DNA from: an uncultured bacterium
Lineage (GTDB): Bacteria > Actinomycetota > Acidimicrobiia > Spongiisociales > UBA5794
NCBI GenBank assembly: GCA_963801165.1
Contig: CAWDDT010000004.1
Location: 544,001 to 608,000 of the forward strand
Length of the DNA: 64,000 nt
Direction of reading: 5' to 3'
Shown: positions 29,803-38,163 of the stretch, in pieces
Layout: the number at the start of each line of letters is the position of its first letter
Position numbering within the stretch: position 1 is the first letter of the stretch
Translations under genes and position numbers: made by a program
Notes under the pieces: generated by a model
The model's database searches: none
What the model was told of the DNA's origin: nothing
Seen by the model: only the letters and a program-made list of their open reading frames with translations

Positions 29803-30714
29803 TTACCCAGACGAAGCGTTCACGGGTACCCGTGTCGATTCGTTGCTGTTTGCCGGGAAGTCATCGGGCCAGCGCAAGGGCGTGCTTGTGAACGTTTGCC
29901 GTTCCATGGTGACCGTGAGAATGGCGGAGAATGGTGCAGGCCCGAGGGCGACGACCCTGGCGGTGAAGTCCGCAGGGCCGTCCAAACCGATCGTCGAGGT
30001 TGGGCAGCCGCCGACGTCCCCGATCGACAGGTCGAACTCCGCCGATGCCCCGTTGGAGGCTGTGACCAGTGCGGTGGCCGACACCCCGGTTGGTGGAGAG
30101 GTGATGTTGCCCACCGAGGCGGAGAACGGCGCATCGGCCTCCAGCTCGCCTACGCCGGGGGACCAGAAGACCTGCCAGAACGGCGATGGTGCGGGACGAT
30201 CCTCGCTACTCACCAGCTCGAACGCCCAGCCCGCGTCGCCGCCGTCGCCCCGGCCGAACACGTCGACGCGATAGGTACCTGCAGGCCCAATGGGCCCGAG
30301 TGGAGATCCATGCGGGTCGGCGTCGATCACCATGACACCATCGCATGGCCGGCCGGCGCTAGACAAGCTGGCCGTCAGTTGCCAGTCGAGGGGGAATTCG
30401 ACGGTCAGCTCGGAATCGCCGTTGAGGGTCACTGCCGGGAGCGGTTCCTGCGGTATGCCATCGGCGCACACCCCTTTCTGCTCGACAGTCCAGCAGTAGC
30501 TGTACGGGTGGAGCGACAAGACAGTGGTCCCTGCCTCGACTCGGAGGTCCGGAGGACGCTCTGTGCCGCGCGACGACGCGGTGGTGGACGTCGCCGTTAC
30601 CGACGGGTCCGTGAGTCTCTCAGGGGTTGCGTCGGGAGAGGCAGGTCCCGACGCTTCGCCGCACGCCGCCAACACCATGGCCAACGCAGCGACGGCAATC
30701 GCGCTTCTCTTCAT
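29803..30714 (-). CDS. Hypothetical lipoprotein
   Basis: MKRSAIAVAALAMVLAAC lipobox, Thr/Ser linker, YSYCW...VCADG paired cysteines. Confidence 0.75.
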   Translation of the reverse strand: MKRSAIAVAALAMVLAACGEASGPASPDATPERLTDPSVTATSTTASSRGTERPPDLRVEAGTTVLSLHPYSYCWTVEQKGVCADGIPQEPLPAVTLNGDSELTVEFPLDWQLTASLSSAGRPCDGVMVIDADPHGSPLGPIGPAGTYRVDVFGRGDGGDAGWAFELVSSEDRPAPSPFWQVFWSPGVGELEADAPFSASVGNITSPPTGVSATALVTASNGASAEFDLSIGDVGGCPTSTIGLDGPADFTARVVALGPAPFSAILTVTMERQTFTSTPLRWPDDFPANSNESTRVPVNASSG

Positions 30715-30913
30715 GCGGCTACGACGCTACCGCACCTCTCCCGAGTTCCCGGTGAATGTGCAGACCGGGGTGGAGTTGCATCGATCTTGCCGTGGTCACG
30801 GTACCCACGAAACGGGTCCATGCTGCTGGCCGACCTATCGAACGGGAGGCAGGGAACAACCGAGCGGATCCATTTACCCTGCCGCGTGGTGTGCTGCTCG
30901 GTACGATTGCTGC

Positions 30914-31113
30914 ATGTTGCTCGATTGTGTGTCCTGCCGGATTGCCGCCGCCGACCATGCCGGGTACAGCCTTAGATCGACGTCGTCTACCGCGATGACG
31001 GTGTGGCTCCCAAGTCAGTGGAGAAGGAGTACATGAACGACGTGAGGCGCGCCGAGTACACAAGACGGCTTCGTTGCCACGTCGCCGGAAGAGTCGAGGG
31101 ATGCCGGCAATGA
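30914..31113 (+). pseudogene. Possible decayed HIT-family gene
   Basis: Frame 1 MLLDCVSCRIAA resembles the HIT N-terminus (DCxFCRI). Frame 2 from 30976 gives IDVVYRDDGVA...RLRCHVAGR, resembling VVYEDD and a degenerate HxHxHV.G motif. Confidence 0.3.
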
Positions 31114-31652
31114 CGACGGGTCATGCCATCGAGCTGCTGTTCGATACCGACTCCGAGCGACGCATCGTCCACGTGTGGAGAGCAATCGGCGGTGGCAGCG
31201 ATCTCGAGGCCGTCGGAGGCCGCCCGCACCTCAGCCTCGCCCTGATTCGACCGCCCGGCGATCCCGAGGTCCTCGCCACCTGCGTGGAGAAACTCTCCGG
31301 GAAGATGAAGCCCATGCGGCTGGAGCTATCTGCGGTTGGGGCCTTTCCCGGTGACGAAGGCGTTGTGTTCCTCGCCCCTGCGGTCACGAGTGAGCTGGTG
31401 GATGCCCATGCCGAGCTCCACGAGATCCTGCGGGAGTGCGGCGTAACCGCAGACGAGCTGTATCAACCGGGTCGATGGGTACCCCATTGCACAGTGGCTC
31501 TCCACGTGCCACCCAACGAGGTGCCCGCTGCTGTCGAGGTCGTCCGGGGATCGGCGGTCTTTGGGCCAATCAACGTTGAAGGAATCAGTCTCGTCGAGTT
31601 CCTCCCTGTTGAGGTGATCCTCAGCACGCGGCTCGGGAATGAGGAAGCCTGA
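31110..31652 (+). CDS. 2H phosphoesterase / 2'-5' RNA ligase family protein
   Basis: Two HxS/T motifs: RPHLSLA and WVPHCTVA. Confidence 0.85.
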   Translation: MTTGHAIELLFDTDSERRIVHVWRAIGGGSDLEAVGGRPHLSLALIRPPGDPEVLATCVEKLSGKMKPMRLELSAVGAFPGDEGVVFLAPAVTSELVDAHAELHEILRECGVTADELYQPGRWVPHCTVALHVPPNEVPAAVEVVRGSAVFGPINVEGISLVEFLPVEVILSTRLGNEEA

Positions 31653-31698
31653 GAAGGTAGCGGTGGTGTCCCACGCTTTGCTGTGGCAGCATTGCGGC

Positions 31699-32022
31699 AT
31701 GGGCTACGACATCGAGACTGTAGAACGCATCCGCAGGTTGCTGTCGGCGCGATCCGATGTGGTGGAGAAACGCATCGTGGGCGGTGCGCTTGGCTTTATG
31801 GTCGGCGGCCATCTGTGCTGTGCTGTGAGCGTGAGGGGTCTCACAGTTCGGGTAGGGGCGGAAGGAAAGGCCGAAGCGCTGGGTGAACGCCACGTGGGTC
31901 GGCACCTCGTCGGCAATCGGGAGACCAGGGCATTTGTTGTTGTCGAGCCCGACGGCTACCGGGACGACGCCGCCCTCGCCGTTTGGTTGGAGCGGGGTCT
32001 GCGCTTCGTTGGATCGCTGTGA
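31699..32022 (+). CDS. TfoX N-terminal domain protein
   Basis: MGYDIETVERIR, EKRIVGGALGFMVGGHLCC, LAVWLERGLRFV. Confidence 0.8.
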   Translation: MGYDIETVERIRRLLSARSDVVEKRIVGGALGFMVGGHLCCAVSVRGLTVRVGAEGKAEALGERHVGRHLVGNRETRAFVVVEPDGYRDDAALAVWLERGLRFVGSL

Positions 32023-33371
32023 GGCTCGGCCTCAGGAACCTCGAGCACCCTTCCGATCGTCACACCACCATGCACATGTTTGTTGGCGTCGTAGCGGTGT
32101 CCCTGGTGGTGGCTTCCTGTGGGGGAGCCGATGGCACGGAGAGCAATTCGACCCCGACTACTGCGGTGGCCCCCGGCGACACCCTCGGCGAGCCGGGTTC
32201 GCCGTCTGTCGAAGCGTGTGGTCTCAGCGATCCGTGGGGGATGGTGGAGACCGCCTTCGTGGGGACGGTTGCGGCCGTCACAACGCGGGACCGTATATCG
32301 CAGGAAGCTATCGATGGTCGAGCAGCTAGCGGTGGCGAATGGCAGTGGGTGAGTTTCGAGGTCGACGGCTGGTACACCAAGGACTTCGGTACCGGTTTCT
32401 CCATGTGGGCACCGGGGTTTGCCGGCAGGGTGGGGGAGCGGTGGCAGATCGCCGGCGCGTTGTACTTTGTCGACGGAGAGCAGTCGGGCGAGGTATTCCC
32501 CTGTGTTTCGACCGCCGCGACGACCGACGATCTGGCGGCCTGGGACGCTCGGTATGGGGGCAGCGTCGCTGCCGGCAACGGGACGCCGGAGCAACCGGCC
32601 GATCCGCAACTCGTTGCAAATATCGACGCACACGAGCAGACCTGGGAGCAGCGCCGACCGAATAGCTACACCGCCATCATCTCGGCGTCGAGCGGGTCAA
32701 TCCGTTCCGACGAGTGTGGCGCCTCAGGCCAAATCCGGGTGGTGGTGGAGGCGGGACGCGTCGTCGAAGCCGTCGATTTGCAGCGGCGATGCCGGGTCGA
32801 CGACCCGACGCAAACGCCCACCGTCGACGACCTCTTCGATCTGGCTCGGGGGGCTGCAGGCGCCGTCCAGGGCGACGTGATCTTCGACCAGGACCTCGGG
32901 TTCATCACGGGGTTCTCCGCCTCCGATCGGAGTGTCGATGTCTGGGGTGGGGCCGATCTCCTCGCGGACGTTGCCGTCCCGGTGACACTCGGGACAGATG
33001 AGTCGCTTGCGGCTGCCGAGCAAGCCCGTTCCCGGTGGGAGGATTCCGCGATCGACTCCTATACCCTGGATCTGGAGGTCCAGTGCTTCTGTTCGGTGGG
33101 CGGCCGGTTCGAGGTGACTGTCACCGACGGGGTGATTGAGTCGGTAACGGGAGCGAGCGGACGAGGGGCTCCGCCCGACGTTGACTCGTTTGATTTCACG
33201 GTCCCGGGGCTGCTCGACAGCCTGACGGGCTGGTCGGGGAGCACCCCGGACTTCATCGCTGCAGGCTTCGATGAGCTGGGCTACCCGGTCGATATCCATA
33301 TCGATGCGATAACCGAGGCCGTCGACGATGAGCTGACCGTACTCGTCCGCAGCCTCACGCCGACCAGCTGA
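32019..33371 (+). CDS. Lipoprotein with two DUF6174-like domains
   Basis: Lipobox VVASC. Repeated WE....SYT......C, ...TV..L and ...GY/F...ID..VD blocks, e.g. ARSRWEDSAIDSYTLDLEVQCFC. Start could be ATG 32070. Confidence 0.65.
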   Translation: MRLGLRNLEHPSDRHTTMHMFVGVVAVSLVVASCGGADGTESNSTPTTAVAPGDTLGEPGSPSVEACGLSDPWGMVETAFVGTVAAVTTRDRISQEAIDGRAASGGEWQWVSFEVDGWYTKDFGTGFSMWAPGFAGRVGERWQIAGALYFVDGEQSGEVFPCVSTAATTDDLAAWDARYGGSVAAGNGTPEQPADPQLVANIDAHEQTWEQRRPNSYTAIISASSGSIRSDECGASGQIRVVVEAGRVVEAVDLQRRCRVDDPTQTPTVDDLFDLARGAAGAVQGDVIFDQDLGFITGFSASDRSVDVWGGADLLADVAVPVTLGTDESLAAAEQARSRWEDSAIDSYTLDLEVQCFCSVGGRFEVTVTDGVIESVTGASGRGAPPDVDSFDFTVPGLLDSLTGWSGSTPDFIAAGFDELGYPVDIHIDAITEAVDDELTVLVRSLTPTS

Positions 33372-33437
33372 GCCGCGGAGTGCGACGTACGAAATCGCCG
33401 CCATATCGCGGCAAGTCCCCGGGTTACAGTGAACGTC

Positions 33438-34196
33438 ATGGTCGCCGCGTCGTCTACCGGTCGTCGGGAGCCCCCGGCCTTTCGCCGGCTCACTGTGTCT
33501 CGTCTGCAGTGGCTCGGGCCACGGATGATCCGGGTAACCGTCGACGGTGGCGAGCTATCGGGATTCGAGATCGAGCAACCGGCGGCGAGTATCCGTCTGC
33601 TCATCCCGGCCCCGGGATCGACCGAGCTGGTCATCCCCAGATGGAACGGCAACGAGTTCCTCCTGGACGACGGGAGCCGACCTGTCATCCGCACCTTCAC
33701 GCCGCGTGATCTGACACCGCGCGGCCTCGACCTCGACATCGTGATTCATCCGGGTGGAGCCGTCTCGTCTTGGGTGGAGAACGCCCACCCCGGCTCGAAG
33801 GCGGCGGTTAGCGGCCCCGGCCGCGGTTACGGGATAGACCAGGCCGCATCGGGTCTCGTGCTCGTTGGCGACGAGACCGCGATCCCGGCGATTAGCCAGC
33901 TGCTGGAGCACCTCCGCCGGCCCGCTGATGTACACCTGGCGGTTCACAACCGTTTCGGTCGCGTCGAGCTACCGCAGAAATCCGACGTGAACGTCGTCTG
34001 GCACGAGCTGTCAGATCCGGGCAAGATGGGTGAGGTGATGGTGGCCGCGCTCGGCATGACCGAATTGGAGTCAAAGCCGATCTGGTGTGCGGGTGAGGCC
34101 GCGGCTATGCAAGAGGTCCGCACGTATCTGCTCGAGGAGATGGGCATTCCCCGGTCACGAGCCACCGTGCGCGGGTACTGGAAGGCCAGGGAATAG
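33438..34196 (+). CDS. Siderophore-interacting protein (ViuB/YqjH-type FAD/NADPH ferric reductase)
   Basis: IRTFTPR, GPGRG, LVGDETAIPAI, WCAGEA, RGYWK. Confidence 0.9.
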   Translation: MVAASSTGRREPPAFRRLTVSRLQWLGPRMIRVTVDGGELSGFEIEQPAASIRLLIPAPGSTELVIPRWNGNEFLLDDGSRPVIRTFTPRDLTPRGLDLDIVIHPGGAVSSWVENAHPGSKAAVSGPGRGYGIDQAASGLVLVGDETAIPAISQLLEHLRRPADVHLAVHNRFGRVELPQKSDVNVVWHELSDPGKMGEVMVAALGMTELESKPIWCAGEAAAMQEVRTYLLEEMGIPRSRATVRGYWKARE

Positions 34197-34255
34197 CCGG
34201 ATGGCTCCGTGATAGGCTTTCGAGGCATCCACCTCCGGGCGTGTGCCCGGAAATC

Positions 34256-34283
34256 TCAATGCAAGCACCCGCAGAACCGATAC
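34256..34283 (+). promoter_or_regulatory. Candidate sigma28/WhiG-type promoter of the GGDEF-EAL gene
   Basis: TCAA-N16-ACCGATAC compared with the consensus TAAA-N15/16-GCCGATAA. Confidence 0.35.
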
Positions 34284-34391
34284 GACCCGTAGCCGTCTTT
34301 GGGAGTTGAGCCATCGCCAGGAGATCCCGCCAACCGGACATCGATGATGCCGGGGACACCGCAGCACAGGCGGCGGAACGAACCGCGTCCG

Positions 34392-36427
34392 ATGAGCTTC
34401 CCAAGCGGCCGGTCGGACGATACATAGTCGGCCTGGCAGCCATCGCCGTCGCCGCCGTTGTCTCCACCATCCTCACCTCCACCGCCATTGCCCGCCAGGG
34501 ACAAGACGCCAGCCTGCTCGAGGTCGTAACTCAACAGATCTCGCTGAGCGAGTCGATGGACAGCTCCGCCGCCACCCTCGAGGCAACTGAGGATCCGGCT
34601 GCACGGGAGAAGGAGATCAATCGGCTGCGGACACCGCTCATCGAACTCCGCAACAATCACAACGGCCTCCGCTACGGGAGCAAGACACTCAACCTGCCCA
34701 CCGACCACAGCACCGAATTTGACGAACACATTGCCGCTCGGGTCGAGCCGCACCTGGTCGAAGTGGGTCGGCTGGCCGAGGAGCTGATCACCAATGCGTC
34801 GTCTGGTGCCAAGCTGCGGATCGGCGCCGCCGCAGAGCTGGCGCGGGCTTCAGAGGAGTTCCGCGAGGGAATGAAGGGTCTGGCGACCCTGGTGAAGGAT
34901 GAAGTGGAGGATCGGGTTGCGGGGCTCCGGATCACCCAACTGGTGCTGCTGTCGGTGATGCTCCTGCTGCTGATCCTCGAGGGGCTCTTTCTCTTCCGAC
35001 CTGCGGTCCGCGACGTGCGCAAGGAGTGGGAGCAGCGGGCCGCAGAACATGAATCAGCCCGAGCCCAGGATCAGCAGAAGCTCAGCTACCTGGCTCGCTA
35101 CGACCCGCTCACGGGGCTGATCAACCGATTCCTGTTCGGAGACAGGCTGGAGAGCGCGATCGCCCGCGCCCGGCGCGACGAGACCCTGGTGGCTCTCATG
35201 TTTCTCGACCTGGATGACTTCAAGGCAGTCAACGATCACTACGGTCACGGCACAGGCGACGCCCTTCTCAAGCAGGTGGCCAAACGCATCGTCGGCTCGG
35301 TCCGGGAGACCGACAGCGTCGGCAGGATCGGCGGCGATGAGTTCACGGTGATCCTCGAAAGTGGCAACCGGCTCGAGGATGCGGGCCAGGTGGCCACCAA
35401 GATCCTCGATGCCGTATCCGAGCCTTACGTGATCGGCACCAGGGAGCTTCGGGTGACGGCGTCGATCGGCATAGCCATGTACCCGCTCGACGGCGAGGAT
35501 TCCCAGGCACTTCTGAGGGATGCCGACATCGCCATGTACTCGGCAAAGGCAGCCGGCGCCAACACGTACCAGTATTTCACCCCCAAGCTCCGCCAGAGCG
35601 CATCGGAGCGTCTCGGCCTGATCGACGGCCTGCGGCGGGCCGTGGCGACGGGTGAGGGTCTCCGGCTCGTCTACCAGCCATGGATCGACACCGACACCGG
35701 GAAGGTTTCCGGGGTGGAGGCGCTCTTGCGGTGGGAGCACGAAGAACTCGGCATGGTGCCCACCGAGCGGTTCGTCTCGCTTGCCGAGCAGACGGATCTG
35801 ATCGTGCCTCTCGGTCTGTGGGCGATGAACCAGGCGTGCCGCCAACTCAAGACGTGGCACGATTCCGGGCTCGAGCCGTTCCGGGTGTCTATCAACGTCT
35901 CCCCGCGACAGCTCAAGCGGGGCAACCTCGCCGAGGTAGTGGAACACACACTCGAAAGGACCAAGCTCGATGCGTCTCTGCTGATGCTCGAGCTCACCGA
36001 GCGCACCCTCGTCGAAGACACCGAAACCGCACGTCGCACCCTGGAACGGTTGCGTGCCATTGGCGTCTCGATCGCCATCGACGACTTCGGCACCGGCTAC
36101 TCATCGCTCAGCTATCTCAAGAGCTTCCCCATCGACGCCATCAAGATCGACCGCGAGTTCGTACGCGATTCGGTGCTCGACCCCGACACCGCAACCGTTT
36201 CCGAGTCGATGGTGCGGCTGGCAACCGATTTGCGCATGAATGTGATTGCGGAGGGCGTCGAGACCCGCGAACAGCTAGACATGTTCCACGGGTTCGGATG
36301 CCACCTGGTCCAGGGGTTCTACATTTCTCGCCCCCTCGCCGCCGACCGGATGCCACGCGCCATCGAGAAGGGCTTCGGGTTCACCGCCTCGGCAGGCAGG
36401 GGCACCTCCCCCGCAGGCCCGCGCTAG
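34392..36427 (+). CDS. Membrane-anchored diguanylate cyclase/phosphodiesterase (2 TM sensor + GGDEF + EAL); start region apparently frameshifted
   Basis: RETD I-site plus GGDEF, VEALLRW, DDFGTGYSSL, IAEGVE. The frame is open from 34310 and encodes TM1 (RYIVGLAAIAVAAVVSTIL) but has no ATG/GTG/TTG before 34556. Confidence 0.85.
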
Positions 36428-36554
36428 CCGAAGCGACGAGAGCGCCGGCGACGCCCAGCGTGTTGATCGATCGAGCCGTCAGGTCAACCCGGAAGCCCGG
36501 CGAAGCATCGCTGCGCCGAGCGGATCGATAAAACTACTGCAAACTGCTGTAGAT

Positions 36555-36574
36555 ATCGGGACCAAAGACTCTAT
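36555..36574. promoter_or_regulatory. DosR/DevR-like box upstream of the hdr-mvh operon
   Basis: ATCGGGACCAAAGACTCTAT matches 14/20 positions of the mycobacterial consensus TTSGGGACTWWAGTCCCSAA. GGACCA-N11-TGGTCC is an overlapping inverted repeat. Confidence 0.4.
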
Positions 36575-36661
36575 ATGGTCCGTCCCTCCCGGACTTGATT
36601 GTTATGGCGGAGAGCCAGACGGTTCCGACACGGCATTGCGGGACTTCGCAAGGAGATATGC

Positions 36662-37255
36662 ATGACGACTGAGGCCATGATCCGGAGAGAGGCAGATCGC
36701 GATCTCGAATTCGCTGCCTGGTTCACCGGACTTATTGGAGAGGAGAAGCTGCGGGAGTGTATCCACTGCGGCGTGTGCAGCGGTAGCTGCCCGCTGGCAG
36801 GACACATGGATTTCGGTCCCCGCAAGCTCATGTATCTGGCCAGGGAGGGTTTTGCCGACGACGTGCTCGGATCGAACACGCTCTGGTTGTGCACGAGCTG
36901 TTACGCCTGCACGGTCTCTTGCCCCCAGCAGATTCCGGTGACCGACGTGATGTACGCGCTCAAGCGCAAAGCCATCGAGTCCGGCAAGGCCCAGAAACGG
37001 CACCCGGTTGCGGTAATGGCCAAGGGCTTCACCAAGATGGTGCGCAAACGGGGGCGGTTGACCGAGGGATATTTGATCGCAGGTCTGGCGCTCCGGACCG
37101 GTGTGCACAAGTACCTGGGGATGGCCGGTATGGGTATAAACGCCCTTCGCACCGGTCGGATCTCGCTACGCCACGACTCCATCAAACGGCACGACGAGCT
37201 CACGCACCTGCTCGACGTTGTGGACCAACACCGCGAGGAGGTGGCAGCAAAATGA
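36662..37255 (+). CDS. hdrC: Heterodisulfide reductase subunit C
   Basis: AAGGAG RBS. Two 4Fe-4S motifs, CIHCGVCSGSCP and WLCTSCYACTVSCP. Confidence 0.9.
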   Translation: MTTEAMIRREADRDLEFAAWFTGLIGEEKLRECIHCGVCSGSCPLAGHMDFGPRKLMYLAREGFADDVLGSNTLWLCTSCYACTVSCPQQIPVTDVMYALKRKAIESGKAQKRHPVAVMAKGFTKMVRKRGRLTEGYLIAGLALRTGVHKYLGMAGMGINALRTGRISLRHDSIKRHDELTHLLDVVDQHREEVAAK

Positions 37256-38163
37256 CGGGCTACGACTACTACCCGGGATGCTCACTCAAAGGCACCGGGA
37301 AGCCCTACGAGGAATCGCTACTTGCGGTGTTTGGTGCCCTCGGAGTCGGCCTCGACGAGCTCGAGGACTGGAACTGCTGCGGTGCCACTGCCTATATGGC
37401 GGTCGACGAGTTGAAGGCCGTCGCACTGGCGACGAGGAATCTCGCCCTCGCCGAACGCTCCGGCAAGGATCTGGTGGCGCCGTGCAACGCGTGCTGGCTG
37501 GTCTTGAACAAGACCAATCACCGCCTCGAGGACGACGAGAGCTTGCAACGCACCGTGTGCTCGGCGCTCGGTGCCACCTGCACGGTTCCCAATACCGCAG
37601 ACAAGGAACCGCTCACCTACACGGGCACGGTCAACGTGCGGCACCCGCTCGACGTGCTGGTGAACGACGTCGGGGTCGATGCTATCGCCGAGAAGGTCAC
37701 CAAGCCCCTCGAGGGCTTGACGGTCGCCCCGTACTACGGCTGCCAGATCGTACGCCCGCTGTCACCGTTCGACGATCAGGACAACCCGGTGACGATGGAC
37801 AAGCTGCTCGGAGCCACCGGCTGCACCGTGCTCGAGGACTATCCGTTCAAGACTCGTTGCTGCGGAGCGAGCCAGATGATGACGATGCCGGATGTCGGCT
37901 TGGATCTGGTCTCGATGCTTCTCGAGGATGCTGTTGCGCGCGGTGCCGACGTCATTGCAGTGGCCTGCCCACTCTGCCAATTCAATCTGGAGGGCTACCA
38001 GCCGAAGGTCTCGAACCTGCTCGGCGAGAAGGTCAACGTCCCGATCCTGTACTTCACGCAGCTGATCGGGATGGCGATGGGCATCGACCACAAGACGCTC
38101 GGTCTCCAGCGAAGCTTCGTGAAAGTGGAGCCGGTGCTCGCAGGGAGGTCGGCCCATGAGTGA
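37252..38163 (+). CDS. hdrB: Heterodisulfide reductase subunit B (two CCG domains)
   Basis: YYPGCSL, WNCCGA, PCNAC, YYGCQ, RCCGAS, ACPLCQFNL. Confidence 0.92.
   Translation: MTGYDYYPGCSLKGTGKPYEESLLAVFGALGVGLDELEDWNCCGATAYMAVDELKAVALATRNLALAERSGKDLVAPCNACWLVLNKTNHRLEDDESLQRTVCSALGATCTVPNTADKEPLTYTGTVNVRHPLDVLVNDVGVDAIAEKVTKPLEGLTVAPYYGCQIVRPLSPFDDQDNPVTMDKLLGATGCTVLEDYPFKTRCCGASQMMTMPDVGLDLVSMLLEDAVARGADVIAVACPLCQFNLEGYQPKVSNLLGEKVNVPILYFTQLIGMAMGIDHKTLGLQRSFVKVEPVLAGRSAHE

Noticed and set aside
29450-36430. Prophage, ICE or defence island after tRNA-Leu
   Set aside because: No integrase, transposase, phage or recognisable defence gene; only a patchwork of accessory genes.
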